Positions 39,141-51,779 of a stretch of 64,000 bases of DNA are shown here, in pieces. The DNA comes from Biomphalaria pfeifferi (taxonomy: Eukaryota): positions 237,331-301,330 of the forward strand of contig JASAOG010000079.1 in NCBI GenBank assembly GCA_030265305.1, in the 5' to 3' direction. Position 1 is the first letter of the stretch, and every line of letters starts with the position of its first letter. Made by a program: the position numbers and the translations under genes. The notes beneath the pieces are model-generated. The model saw only the letters and a program-made list of their open reading frames with translations. It did no database searches and had not been told where the DNA came from.

Positions 39141-39901
39141 AAAGTGTTCCATGAACTTCAACAATGTCCAGAGTTAATTGATGTCTAATGTTTCAGTAGG
39201 TAACTTAACCCTTTTATAGCTATAATCACTTGGCATCACTAATTTCAGATTGTTTCGTTGCTGCCTACTTATTTATTAGTTACTAACTGTGGCCTCAAAG
39301 GGTAATAGTGATCCTACTTTTACTTGTTATTTGGTATTTTTAGCACTTTTGAACAGATTTATGCAAAACAAAAATATTTGTTCCCACTGCCAATGAATGG
39401 CTAATGTCCAAAGGAAAATTGGAAGTAAGCTCCTCCTTCATATCCAATGAACTTGAAGAAGTCTGTTCTTAGCTTTATTTAGATAATTTCAAACTAGGCA
39501 CAGGTATGTTGGGTCTACTGTTTTTTTAAATTTTGTTTTAGCGGCTATCCTTTTTTTGTTTTGTTTAGTTCATTAAAATACAGACACTCATGGCTTTATG
39601 AAAAGATAAGCAAATATGCTTAGCATTTCCCTGTCAAGAATGATGATTTTGCACCTTACTTGATTTTTTTTCATTTTCTTACATAGAAATTTCTAAAAAA
39701 GTATAGTGTGATGACAAAATAGAGAATTATGCCCCTTTTCTTTAGGAATGGATAGATTTTTGTCAGACAACTGATTAGTGAAATAAGTGTTCATTAGATA
39801 AGACAAGGTACTAACTAGGAAAAAAAAATGGAAGGATAAATTATGATAACAGCTAATAGCCAAATCAAGACAGAATGAAATGATATTCATAATTAAAATA
39901 C

Positions 39902-40011
39902 CTGGGAACACTTGGAGGTGGAAGTGCATTGATTACCACACCAATGACACTGGGCAATGTGACATGCTTGACAGCTGGTGTAAGTCGTACATGTTGAATT
40001 GGAATCTTTGA
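39902..40011 (-). CDS. ATRN: ATRN-like exon: PSI domain 2 (VKDSNSTCTTYTSCQACHIAQCHWCGNQCTSTSKCSQ)
   Basis: Acceptor tttcag|TC, donor CCCAG|GTATTT. Matches human '[25 protein letters not shown]'. Confidence 0.8.
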
Positions 40012-40125
40012 CTGAAACAAAAAGAAATCATGTTTAACTGCATACATATGCAGTAGTACCTAAAACTTAGGCACAAAATTTGTGTTTTCATACCTACAAA
40101 ATTCATAATATTTGATATGACTCAC

Positions 40126-40227
40126 CAGAAGTACAAGAAGTGTCCCTGATGCAGGTATTATTAGACCACTTACACTTAATGACATTCGAAGTACACAGTG
40201 TCTCATTTTGAAACATATCACAAGAAT
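40126..40227 (-). CDS. ATRN: ATRN-like exon: PSI domain 1 (DSCDMFQNETLCTSNVIKCKWSNNTCIRDTSCTS)
   Basis: Acceptor ctcttcag|A, donor TCTG|GTGAGT. Cys spacing C..C..C.W..C matches a PSI domain. Confidence 0.8.
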
Positions 40228-40329
40228 CTGAAGAGAAATTTTTAAAAAACTAATATATCCATTAGTGTTTAACTGTCAGTAGAAACACTAACATTGTTGC
40301 ACTCCTTCAGTCACAGAGAACTATTGTTC

Positions 40330-40545
40330 ATCCCATAGAAAAGAGATAAAAGCCTGGGAATTAGCCATGGTCAGAAGGATGTCCCCCACACTGCAGTTCA
40401 CCTTCTCTCCATGCAGCTGATGTGTCCAAAGCAACTGCGGTTGTTGATACAGCTTGAGATCAGCAGCACAACAGGTTCTGCCAATGTGTAGCACTGTGTT
40501 ATGCAAGCTGCCTAAGGGTTACCAGCTCCTGAATTTTACTGTGTT
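40330..40545. repeat. Unclassified interspersed repeat (family D), second copy
   Basis: See the 26700 copy. Confidence 0.7.
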
Positions 40546-40705
40546 GACTCCCTTAGCCTTTGGTGTGTTGGGTATAGAGTGAGCAAAAAGTGGTTTGGAG
40601 TCAGAGTTTTTTTCTTCCTATAAACAACCATATTAAGAATTGTTTCTGACAGCATTATAAACATACAAAGTTAAATTGTTTATGACTACACATATAGACA
40701 CCTAC

Positions 40706-40770
40706 CTAATGTAATTTTAATTAGATCTTTTAGCAGCACAGAATTGAAGCCACCAAATATATAGGCAGTG
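40706..40770 (-). CDS. ATRN: ATRN-like exon: kelch 6 end (NTAYIFGGFNSVLLKDLIKITL)
   Basis: Acceptor ttgttttcag|C, donor TTAG|GTAGGT. Matches human 'NSTMYVFGGFNSLLLSDILVFT'. Confidence 0.8.
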
Positions 40771-41869
40771 CTGAAAACAAAAGTGAATGCGACAATGAAA
40801 ACAAAAACAAAATTCTAATGGTTGTGTCTACATTTACATTCGTTAAATTCAAGTGTTATTCTGTTTTCCTTTACTTCTGGGCATTCTACATAGTAAAAAA
40901 TGGGCTTTATAAACTATATCAAACAACTAGAGTAGAAAAAACATTTTTGCACACCCCCTAGTTCCATGTACTGACCAAACATCTCATCATCTTTGTTTCC
41001 ATACTTGTTTATTTTGATAGTAATGGCAAAACTTCTTATTGGATATTGCACAAGCTCTATTTTTTTGTATATCTTCAACACATTTTTTGTTCTTCTGCAA
41101 GAAAGGAGTTCCACTATGGGGTCATAGTGATCTGGTATGAAAACATCGTTTTTGTTCCTCCCCCCAGAAAAAAAATAATGTAGGTCCAGGGTTAAAGGGA
41201 TTGTTTTGAACCCATGGTGCATCAGACTATTGAAATCCTTAAAGTAGGTTTCTTAAATAGCATTTATGTCACATGCATAAAAGCAGAGGAAAGATATAGC
41301 CTATGGAACATAGGAAATGTGTAAACCAATCAATGACCTCTGTATGATCCCAGCTATAGAGTTGCTAAAAGCACAACTAAAGTCATGCTTGCCGATATTG
41401 ACCATACTCTTCTTTGACATCAACTTTATATTTAACTATATATTACGTTATATGTTATAGACGAATGGACAAGGGTTTCTATTGATACTTTGCTTTTTTT
41501 TTTCTTGGTTTAACTATTATGTTAACTAGGCTTATCGGTGTGCAGAACTGTGGTTGTCTGACATGACATTTATATAATGAATAATATTAAATGTAATGAG
41601 AAGCATAGCAAAAAATACTGAAAAGAAAGCATAATAAGTAATTGTCTAGTATTTGTCTCAATAAATGTAAAAAAAAACAACAAAAGTCTAAAATTCACAT
41701 TTGAATAATAAGAACAGAGCTTTATGTCAATATGTGAAGAGAAAAATGTGAATTTTATGCAAATAAGTGATGATGGCCCAGTGAATTGTATGTATAAAAA
41801 CTTATGCCATTATGTTATAATAGCTTGAAGAATAATGTGATAATAATGTGGGACATGGGACTGAGAAGC

Positions 41870-42055
41870 AAAACTGCTTGGCTACAGCTTGGAAACTTAA
41901 CAAGGTGGGCTCAAATCTGAATTCCAACAAGAGCAGAGTTGTATTCGGTGAGTACCTTCTCCCAGATACCCCCTCCTACCACTGGTCCACAAAAGAAATT
42001 GGATCATAGCGCACTGAGCATGCTATAAACATGAAAGATGCGCTATATAAAAACA
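41870..42055 (+). mobile_element. SINE family A copy (5'-truncated), in an attractin intron
   Basis: Sequence similarity to 52805-53045. Confidence 0.8.
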
Positions 42056-42420
42056 ATTAAAACAACAACAAAAAACATCTGCTAATATATAAAGGTCAGA
42101 TGAGATTAAATTCTTTGTATAAAATAAGCATGTGAAAAAAAAAACTTTTAAATATATTGTGATTTCAAAAGTATTGTTATGTATAAATAAATAAGAAACC
42201 CTAACTAGGTACTTTTTTTTCACTATCACAAACTTTTGCTAAGATATAAGCTAATGTGAAAGTACAAAACTTTGCACCTGATATACTGATTTTAGATTTT
42301 CTCAAACCAATGAAATCTCTTCAAGATAATGATTAGAAATTAATTAGGTCAATATCAGCAATATAAAGTTTAAAATATTAAACTTAATACATGAAACAAT
42401 GTGAAAAGATAATTACTTAC

Positions 42421-42508
42421 TTGTTGACTGCAATCATGGAATGGCCAAAGCGATCCAAATATTCCAAATGGAGAGAAGTTGTATTGACTTTCTGCCACTG
42501 GTCACACT
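42421..42508 (-). CDS. ATRN: ATRN-like exon: kelch repeat 6 start (ECDQWQKVNTTSLHLEYLDRFGHSMIAVNK)
   Basis: Acceptor attttag|AG, donor AACAA|GTAAGT. Matches human 'ACDRWSVLPRPDLHHDVNRFGHSAVLHNS'. Confidence 0.8.
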
Positions 42509-42784
42509 CTAAAATAATAAAAATCATTCAACTAAATATAAGTCTTAAGTTTTATTGACACATTTAAAAAATATGAAATACATGGATTTTACTGACATTA
42601 CAAAATATATGACTATTTAGTAATTAAACCAAGACATTAAAAATGAAGATTGTGTTTTAAGGTTCACATTAAAAATAAAAAAAGAAAGAAAGAAAAATAA
42701 AATGCAGACAGATTCATACAAATTGACAAGACACAATGAGTATAAAATAACATTTTTATGTAATTATATACTGACAAAACTAAC

Positions 42785-42939
42785 CTATATCATACAGCAT
42801 AAAATCAGACACAAAACATTTCAGTAATGTATTATTCACAGTGTTACTGCCAAAACTGCCACCAAATGTCAATATAAAACCATTAAGAATTGCAGCAGAA
42901 TGCAAGTAACGAGGCATGCCACTACTCTGCAATTTAAAC
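42785..42939 (-). CDS. ATRN: ATRN-like exon: kelch repeat 5 (FKLQSSGMPRYLHSAAILNGFILTFGGSFGSNTVNNTLLKCFVSDFMLYDI)
   Basis: Acceptor cttatcccag|G completes the split Trp codon. Donor ATATAG|GTTAGT. Near-identical spacing to human 'FFRYLHTAVIVSGTMLVFGGNTHNDTSMSHGAKCFSSDFMAYDI'. Confidence 0.8.
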
Positions 42940-43373
42940 CTGGGATAAGACAAAATGTAATTTTATTTCATTTAGTGACATATTTAAAAATCTAGAATTA
43001 GTTCCCTTAGCAAAAAATTCAGATTATAAATTTTAGTTTCCATAATCAAAGTAATACTGCATTTATGAACATACATAACCCTTTAACCTATATGAAAAGT
43101 TTCATTAAAAAATACAAGAAAATGAAGTTGCGGAACATTAAGCATGTAAAAGTAGTCCATTACAAATGAAATTAATTAATTATTTTAGTAAAAATTTAAA
43201 ATTATTTAGACGAAAAGGAGCTTAAATAAATGCTTTATGTTAAACATAGACAAAGGTATATAATCTTATTATAAACTTTCCTTCAAAGAATAAAGAACTT
43301 AAAATTTTTGTTTTATATTGAACCTTTCTAAAAAAAATAACATCATTTGTGCAAAAAGCTTACCATTCATGGT

Positions 43374-43544
43374 TTTCAGGATCATAACTGTAGAGCTTGT
43401 CTGTCAATATGGCAGTGTTGCTCGAAGAAGTCTGGTAGCCAGCATACACAAAGAACCTATTGCTCTTCTCATCATACACACTAGTATGGGCATAGGTACC
43501 TTGGACAACACCTCTTGTGGGCACATGACTCCAATTTCTGCTTG
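43374..43544 (-). CDS. ATRN: ATRN-like exon: kelch repeat 4 (TSRNWSHVPTRGVVQGTYAHTSVYDEKSNRFFVYAGYQTSSSNTAILTDKLYSYDPENHEW)
   Basis: ORF track 43360..43605. Acceptor gtccag|C, donor GAATG|GTAAGC. Confidence 0.8.
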
Positions 43545-43846
43545 CTGGACATGAAAATATATAGCTTTGTTCAGCATCAATGTATATCAATATATATGAA
43601 GTCATTTTAAAACAATTTTTAAAAGCAATACAAAATGTCAGTGCTATACCAACAAAAACACGAGTTCCTTAACTCTTTGACTCTGGTATTATTTTCCATA
43701 TTAGGATGGAATTAATATTTTTGTCCTCTTGTTTGTTATTAGAAAATGATATATTTGTTATAGAACTATGTTATAGATGAAGCATTCATATATTATGATT
43801 AACTGCACAACACAAGAAATTAGTATAAAAAAATGATTAGACTCAC

Positions 43847-44060
43847 TAAAGTTATACTGCATAACTTCATTGATGTAACCATAGGTGTTGCTGTAGCCAA
43901 AGAAAACCAGCATTGTGTCCTGATAAATGTGAGCTGTGTGACCTGTCACATTCCAAATACCAGGCATTAGCAGAGTCCAAATATGGGTTCCCAGATTGTA
44001 AGTCCAAAAGTCATTGGCTATGTCACCTTTGTAAGTGCCACCATATAAATAGAGTGAATT
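43847..44060 (-). CDS. ATRN: ATRN-like exon: kelch repeats 2-3 (NSLYLYGGTYKGDIANDFWTYNLGTHIWTLLMPGIWNVTGHTAHIYQDTMLVFFGYSNTYGYINEVMQYNFS)
   Basis: Extends ORF 43758..43967. Acceptor tcaacag|A, donor TTTA|GTGAGT. Matches human 'KIYMYGG...VGHSAHIV...LVIFGHCPLYGYISNVQEYD'. Confidence 0.8.
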
Positions 44061-44129
44061 CTGTTGATGAAAAAAAAAATTACTAATTAATAAATGTTAT
44101 TAATTTGGGCCACAATGACCTGCTGACCA

Positions 44130-44385
44130 TTTGAAAAAAGGAAAACTAAAACTTAATGACTATTTCACAGAGCTCGAAAATATCTTCCTTCAGGGAACAG
44201 TGCCAGGTAAGAAGAGGAAGACAGAAAGTGAAGGGAAGACAATATTGAAGAATGGATGGCATGTCATTGAAAGAGATTCTATCCTAGGCAAAAGACAGGA
44301 ATGGAGAAATACAGTTGCCAGTTCAAGTGTGGTTCCCCAATGGTACAACAGACTAAGGAAAAGGTGAAGTTCAAAATACATTCAA
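44130..44385 (+). mobile_element. RTE/L2-like LINE 3' tail, copy 3, in an attractin intron
   Basis: ORF 44131..44367 (LQGTVPGKKRKTESEGKTILKNGWHVIERDSILGKRQEWRNTVAS). Confidence 0.7.
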
Positions 44386-45631
44386 ACTCATTGTTGGCAA
44401 CCAATATTTCTATTTGCAATTCTCCAATCATAAACTTTATAGAACTATTAGGCACTATGTTCCTACAATGTACTTAGCAACAGCCTGTTTCTACTATAGA
44501 TATAGTTGCTGGAATAACCTGCCCAATGTGCAACCAACAAAAATTCTGGGCTCACATAGGTCTTTCTCATCAGCCACACGGAGAGGCACAAAATTGGAGT
44601 GTGACGCCTCAGCATTACAAAAGTGGTCCTCATTGAAACACAATGGATGGACTATATTTAGCATAATTTCCTATGAAATAGAAGATGTTAAGTCTGATCA
44701 TTCCTTTAAAAGATGATTACACACAAGATATTGGTAAGTTGATCCTATTACAGTAATGCTGTTTGTTTGTTTTTTTAACTATATTAACCGGTTTTACACC
44801 AGCTATCTCAATGAGATCAATGACATCCATGCCACCATCTTTACTTTGACTAAAATAGGTTAAGCATGCCTGCTCCAGGTAATTTCTTGCTAAAAACTTT
44901 GATTGAAGGTAAAATTTATATATCTTTTCTAATTTTGTTTTAGAAAGGTGTGTTTGATGAAATACTTACAAATCAATTACCATTTTTGTTGTAAGATATT
45001 AAATTTTGAAGTGCGAAATTGACTGGTCTCATTTGATACCGCTGGTACTATTCATTAGCAAGATTGGTCATTAGGCTTATATTATGATATAGCTCACATA
45101 GAAGAAAGCACCTGGCTAATATTTCTCTTACTCTATAGTTTTAAGATTATTCTAAAAAAAAAATTTATTCTAAACAATGCTGTTAAACATAATGTAGGCA
45201 CTAGACGTTTTGAGCACATAAAAAAGCACAAAATTGAGCCAAAAAGAAAAACTAAACTAGATCTAGTATGTTTTGAAAAGAATGGCTTATTATTACTGAA
45301 AGGGAAGCAAATGCCCCAAATTAGTCTCATGAAGACCCTCAGGTTCTAATTTTTTAGGTAAAAGTATGACAAAACTAAAAGAAAAGACCCCAATGACATG
45401 TGGAACATGTGAAGTGATTAGTTATTTAAGTACAGTATTTCATCATTACAGATGCACTGATGACAAAATGCATCAATTCTATAAGTAAAATTTTAAAATC
45501 ATCAAATAATGTGTTCCATCACAAGTGACTTAAAAATATTATATTTATAAGTTATGTCCTTAGACTACATCTAGCCATGCTAAATTGAACAGCATTATAA
45601 AAAATGAAGCAATAACACACTTGTACACACA

Positions 45632-45707
45632 CCTTGTAATATACAGTTGAGTGTCCATATCTCAGCCACAATTCATGTTTAGACTGATTACCTTGAATCC
45701 ATTTGTT
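45632..45707 (-). CDS. ATRN: ATRN-like exon: kelch (INKWIQGNQSKHELWLRYGHSTVYYK)
   Basis: Acceptor tttaatttaacaag|C, donor TACAAG|GTGTGT. Phase 2 to phase 0 links the flanking exons. Contains the RYGHS...YK kelch motif. Confidence 0.6.
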
Positions 45708-45839
45708 GCTTGTTAAATTAAATCTAAAGGGGAAAAAATAGAAAAAGAATTATAATTTTAGTTATTTAAAACAAATAATAATAATAATAATAATAACAAG
45801 GCTAGTCTTCAAGTAGAAGATTAGTGAGGAATGCAATAT

Positions 45840-46990
45840 TTCCCGTGGTTGAACAGTGTCAGTCCCAGCTGTGACCTACATATTTTGCCACATCCAGGGC
45901 AAGCATAACCATTGTCCGCAGGTGGTCAATTTAGATTTTCTTTTCGCCGTCTGCGTTTGTCCTCGGCAGCAGATTTTCTTTTGGTCTCAAATGTGTATCC
46001 CATGGCCTTCGTGAGTGACCTCCAGCTGTCTCGTTCTGAGGCCGCATGCAACCAGGTGCTCTCTTCTATGTCAGACAAGGAAAGTTGACGCCTACGCTAG
46101 TCTTTGAAGCGTTTCCTTTTGGCGCCTCTGTTAGGTCAACCACCTTTTAGCTCACCAAAAAAGAAGGCTTTTGGCATACGTTTGTCTCCCATATGGGATA
46201 CGAGCCCTACCCAGCGTAACTGTCGGACCAAAAGAAGTCCCTCTATTCTGTCCATACCAACGTTCGCAAGGACATCGCTGTTTGTAGTGCGGTCTTGCCC
46301 CCGTATGTCCATGATGGAGCGCAAGCATCTTTGGTGGAAGCGCTCAAGAAGTCTTAGATGTTTCCTGTATTGTGTCCATGTCACAGAGCCATACAGAAGG
46401 GTTGACAGAACCACCGCCTGGTAGACAATGATTTCTGTAAGCAGGCGGAGCGATCTGTTCCGCCAAACTCTCGCCTGAAAGCGCCCAAAAGCGCTACTGG
46501 CCCTGGCCAAAGGTTTATCAACTTACCTTGAAAGTGAGGCGTCATTTGAAACTATCCTACCTAGATATATGAAGTGGTCTACCACATTAAGGGGCTGTGT
46601 TGTTTTATTGGGCGACTTCTGTTTTCCCGAGGTTTATAGATAGACCAAAAGAGGCGGCAGCGTATGCAAATTCATTTACCGCTTTCTGGAGGTCATGTTC
46701 ATTGTGAGCTAGCAGGGCGCAATCATCGGCATAGAGAAGCTCCGTTATGACCATCTCCTTTGCCTCTCTGTTAGGGCGACACCACCCATTTTAAATATTT
46801 CAGCGAGAAATCCATCAGAGCCAAGTGCCTTGTGTTTTTTTAGTTTAGATATTGCTGTCTCAATTTCCTCAGATGTCAGTGGGTCGTCGAGCTCCTCTCT
46901 CATAGTTTTCTGGGGGACATTTGCCAGCAATTCCTCCGATACGTGCCTTTTATCCCCAAACAGCATACTTAACAAAATAAATATAAATTA
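45840..46990 (-). mobile_element. CR1-like LINE, internally deleted: RT N-terminal region, then C-terminal conserved region, then 3' end
   Basis: ORF 46136..46510 (YGSVTWTQYRKHLRLLERFHQRCLRSIMDIRGQDRTTNSDVLANVGMDRIEGLLLVRQLRWVGLVSHMGD) is a typical CR1/L2 C-terminal block. ORF 46745..46975 is the RT N-terminus. The 3' end is the reverse complement of the CR1 tail seen at 35405. Confidence 0.85.
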
Positions 46991-47917
46991 TCTATGTTGG
47001 TCACACTCTGTACTGCAGTGCTAAACAACTGAAGAGAACAGGACACTATATTTCCTTGGCACAGTCTGCAAAAGAGCTTACAGCTCAGCAGCAAAAAGCT
47101 GGCTAGAAGAAGAAGAAGAATCTTTGTTGGTCATAGCTTAAAACATTTTAAATTATATCTATTCTATCTCCATTTACAATCATAAGAGAAAAAGAGAAAG
47201 AACCATCCTTTTTTGTGTGTTCCCTTTCCTGTGTTAACAAATAGTTTAAAAAAATTAATTTAAGTGCCCTTTCAGACCTTGTGATCTATGTGGCAGATGA
47301 TGCAAAGCTAAGCTGTTTCTATGGCCTATGTGTTAACATAGGGTCTCATATAAACAGCACACCAAAAGCCTTTAATTTCCTGAACTAATTACAGGTACCC
47401 AGCAGAGTTGGAGTTTCCTAAAAAATCCAGACTATATAAAAATCCCAGAATTGAACTCAGGTTAAGCACTTTATCACTAGACCATCATGCCTATTTAACA
47501 AATTGTATTACTTTTTTGTATACATAGAAATAGTGAAATAATTTGCATGTTGTTTTTTTTCAAAATACTATTTGTAGCCAACCAGACATTCTCTTCAAGG
47601 AAAGAGGTCAGGGTTGTCATTGAATTTTATAAAATAATGTGACACTAAAGATGAATAACTCAATAAACAACAACCAGAAATAATAATATAGAAAAGAAGT
47701 GCTAGAACAAATGTTATCAGAAATTAAGAAGCAAACTAGCGAACAGAGTGATCTAGTAAAAATTTTTTTAACAAATGTAAAGAAGAAAAAATGCTAATAT
47801 GATGATATTTAAAAACATGAGTACCATCTCTCTAATGTTCACAAGTCTAAAAAAAAACCATACAAAGCTATAGTCGATACAAGGTGTCTGTACATGCTAA
47901 AAGTCCTTAATACTTAC

Positions 47918-48092
47918 ATAAACATATTGTTACTTTCATTGTAATCTCTCATTCTGTAACCACCCAATATAAACAATAAATCTGATTGGTCAAAGACAAG
48001 GGAGAGTGAAGCTCTTCCTGTAAGTCCCTCAGGCTGAAAAGGTTTCAGCACTTGAATATTGAGACCACCACTACTAAGGTTACAGCTATTAC
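47918..48092 (-). CDS. ATRN: ATRN-like exon: kelch repeat 1 (GNSCNLSSGGLNIQVLKPFQPEGLTGRASLSLVFDQSDLLFILGGYRMRDYNESNNMF)
   Basis: Part of ORF 47914..48321. Acceptor ctcag|GT, donor TTTAT|GTAAGT. Aligns to human 'LPRASHKAVVNGNIMWVVGGYMFNHSDYN'. Confidence 0.75.
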
Positions 48093-48639
48093 CTGAGACA
48101 AACATAAAAAACAATAACTTTAATAAATCATATAGAATAAAACAAATAATATAATTTAAAAAAAAGATAATAAATAATGTATAATGATTCATATTGATAA
48201 AAAATTTTTCAAAAATTATAATATATGTACAAGGGAGCCTCTGCAAGCAACCACAATCCATTCTGGAAAGTTGGTCGGTACCCGAAATGTTTAGTATCCA
48301 AAACATTTTTCCACATAACAAATAGAGAAAATAGATTTAATTGGTTCCCAGCTTGCTAATATATGAAAGTTACAAGCTATATAGGTTTATTTTTTAAATA
48401 AGAACAGTTACAATACAATATATATGTAGTTAAACATTAAAAAAGACATTTAAGCATGACAAAACATTAACTACGATGCTAACACCTTTTAACTGTTTCT
48501 TACGTTCAACACATTTCTACATAATCCATAATATGGTGTCTTTGCTTTGTTTAAGTACTCACTCCTTTAATACAAGATAAGTGATGCTAAACCACAGATA
48601 ACTTCTGTTAACAGACACCCTAAGCTTTAAAATACTTAC

Positions 48640-48818
48640 CAGTATAACCAGGGTTACAGATACAGCTGTCTTGAATACAATGACCCCTGTCAGAACAATT
48701 GTTTGGACAATAAGTAATTGGTATGTCACAGTGGATACCAGTCCACCCAGCAACACAATTACAGGAGCCATTGGTACATTGTCCATTTTCAGAACACTCC
48801 AAGTCACAATCATCAATG
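48640..48818 (-). CDS. ATRN: ATRN-like exon: tandem EGF-like modules (IDDCDLECSENGQCTNGSCNCVAGWTGIHCDIPITYCPNNCSDRGHCIQDSCICNPGYTG)
   Basis: ORF track 48620..48802. Acceptor ttcttatag|C, donor ATACTG|GTAAGT. Matches human 'FDMCPNNCSGRGEC...ECSENWKGEACDIPHCTDNCGF...CSCFSDWQG'. Confidence 0.8.
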
Positions 48819-49049
48819 CTATAAGAACCACAAAAGCAAAATAAAACTTAGTGATGTACAGATAAACACATGATATTTAATCACAATATGCAATTATGAA
48901 GAGTTTGTTATTTAATGTCTACTTTTATTTAATTGTAACTGATGCCATAAAAGTAGAATATTTTAAGTTAATAATAAGATATATATACACTCTGGACACT
49001 GATATGGAAGCTTTTTATTTTTTGCTAACACCTTTGCTTAATGTAAAAA

Positions 49050-51750
49050 AAAAATGCAACAGTCTAGTATTGACTCATCTGGAGTTTTTTTTTTATCTTC
49101 CATCGAGCACCTCCCCAGGTGGCGTACAGGAAAATGCCCTCCAGATATGGGAGGTACCAGAGAAATAAAATATCCAGAGAGGACCAAAGTCAATTTTGTC
49201 GCCTTACAGGAAGTAGAGGGACCAATAAAGGCTAGGCCACCTTACCCAAAAGTAAAAACAGCTATCCAGAGAGCTGAAAGGGGCAGCCCCCAGGTGGTTG
49301 TGTGCAGGGCTAACAACCTAGTCATATAAAAAATATTGTTACAAAACCTAAAACACATGAAAAACCAGACAGATCACAATGGAAAACTACCTATGCCTGG
49401 AAATGGACATGATTTTTGTTTTGCAACATGGAACATGCTAAACCCGTTTAGAGCTGGTATGCTAGCCCAACTCACGGAAGTGTTGAAGAAATATATTATA
49501 CCTCTTGTAGCACTACAGGAAATAAGTTGCAATCTTAGAACTAAGGAATACACAATATTTTGCAGTGGTGGCAACACCAACAATTTAGGCATGGGATTTG
49601 CTGTCGAAAAGGAATTGGAAGGAAAACCTATAAATGATAGACTCTGTTTACAATGTGTAAGAGGGAAATTTTAAACATTTCAATGTTAATGCCCCTACTG
49701 ATATTGCAGACCATTACATTAAAGAAATAAAGCATACTATTAAAAGAAGAGCAGAAGCGGGATTAAGCAGGAGAACCAGTTAATATGGTGACAAATGCAG
49801 ACGTGTGACCAATGAGAAAAACAATGCTCAGATAATAATGATACTGAGAGTAACCTGAAACACCAAATAGCAATACAATGAAACAAGAAGGGACACAAAA
49901 GTTGTCAGAAAGAAAAAAATGGGAATGGGAAAAATCTAAAATTACTTGAAGACTTACCAAGAGAGGGGGATGTGCGAGGAATGTACATAAAAATAAAGAT
50001 GAAAAGAATGGATTTCAAGCTAGATTACACATATGAGAACTGATCACATAAAGCAGCTGGATAATGGAGATATGTTCCGAATACTTTGAGGAGATCCTAA
50101 ATGCAATTAAAGATGTAGCCAATGGAGAATATGAACTGCCTCATGGAGGACCGGATGTGTTAGTAAACCTACCAATACTGAGTGAAACATCAGAAATAAT
50201 TAGGACCATTTAGAACCACAAAGCACCAGGAGATAATCAAATTACAGTAGAACTAATTAAATATGGAGGAAAAGACCTCCATTCACAAATACATGGAACA
50301 AGATCAAGAATTTGGGAAGAAATAGTTCCAACAAAATGGGAAACAGCACTAATATGTGCTGCAAAGGAGAAAAATCTGACCCAGGAAACTACAGACCAGT
50401 ATCACTTACCAGCATCACATGTAAAATCCTAGAACACATAATATGTAGCAACATCATAAACCACTTAGACAAACAAAATGTCCTCACACCATACCATCAT
50501 GGCTTTAGGAAATATAGATCATGTGAAACACAACTAATGGGACTAATTGATGATTTTTCTAAAGGTTTAGATAATAGTGAACAAATAGATGCTATCTTAC
50601 TAGATTTTTCTAAGGCTTTAGACAAAGTTCACCACCATAGTTTGCTTAAAAAATTAAAATATTTTGGCATTAATGGTCCACTACATCAGTGGATTAAAGA
50701 TTTTCTGATAGGGAGAGAACAAACTGTAATAATAAATGGCTCTAAATCAACACCAATAACAGTAAACTCAGGTGTACCTCAAGGAACAGTCTTGGGTCCA
50801 CTACTATTTTTAATTTACATAAATGATTTACCAAATTGCATTACTTCAGGAACAAAAGTCAGATTATTTGCAGACGATTGCATAATATATAGAACAATAA
50901 AAATAACACAAGACACAGATATTTTACAAAGAGAATTAGATGAATTACAGAAATGGGAATCAAATTGGAGCATGTCTTTCCACCCAGAAAAATGTCAGTT
51001 GTTAGGAGTAACAAAAAAACTAAAACAAATTAATTCCACTTATCTTATTCATGGCAAACCAGTAACACAGACTAAAAACGCAAAATACCTAGGTGTTATA
51101 ATGAATGAAAAACTGTCATGGAATCCACATATTGATGAAACTATAAAAAAATCAAACAAAGCATTAGGATTTATTAAAAGAAATTTCTATAAATCAAATA
51201 AGAACATAAAACAAAAATGTTATTTAACCTTGGTTAGGCCAATAATAGAATATGCATCCTCTGTTTGGGACCCCTCAACTCAAGAAAACATTAAGAAACT
51301 GGAACAGACACAAAATAGAGCAGTGAGATTCATAACAAATGAATATTCACATTTGACTAGAATAACACCTATAGTAAAATCACTAAATTTAGAAAGCCTT
51401 CAGGACAGAAGACTCAAAAGTAAAGTAGCAATTATACATAAAACACTGAACCATAATCTTCAAATACAAAAACAAAATTTAATAAAATACTCTGAAAGAC
51501 ACAAAGATAAAGGCACATGCCTCGTCCCATTTGCTAGGACAAATTTGTAGAAATACTCCTTCTTCCCTAGTGCTATTAGAGCATGGAATGGGTTGCCTGA
51601 GCTGGCCAAGAAAACCAGTGACTTGGCAGAATTTAAGTCATTGGTTAATATGCATGACTAAATGCATGACGGGTAGGACGTAATCATCTTCTTTTTTGAA
51701 GTAACGTCTGTACTATATAAGATAAGAGAAGATAATAATCTTAATACACA
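49050..51750 (+). mobile_element. Non-LTR retrotransposon (LINE) with APE-like endonuclease remnant, frameshifted RT N-terminus and an intact 412-aa RT ORF. The 3' end carries the tail '...agagcatggaatgggttgcctgagctggcc...gtaggacgtaatcatcttcttttttgaagtaacgtctgtactatataagataag'.
   Basis: ORF 50312..51550 carries RT motifs (YRPVSLTSI, FRKYRSCETQL, ILLDFSKALDKV, VPQGTVLGPLLF, LFADDCIIY). ORF 49336..49674 is endonuclease-like. Frameshifted RT-N 'APGDNQITVELIKYGG' lies at about 50220. Confidence 0.9.
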
Positions 51751-51779
51751 AAAAAAGATCCTAACTAAAGTGCTGTAAT

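Noticed and set aside
40914-41222. ORF (102 aa) on the minus strand inside the attractin locus, containing 'FSGG', considered as a kelch exon
   Set aside because: It does not align to the attractin kelch region, and its splice phase is inconsistent. The real kelch-6 exon is at 40706-40770 ('NTAYIFGGFNSVLLKDLIKITL'). The ORF is intronic.
46104-46424. Plus-strand ORF (106 aa)
   Set aside because: Antisense to the CR1 ORF2 C-terminal block at 46136-46510.
48559-48831. Minus-strand ORF overlapping the EGF exon in another frame
   Set aside because: Alternative frame of the same DNA. The EGF frame (ORF 48620..48802) has the canonical Cys spacing.
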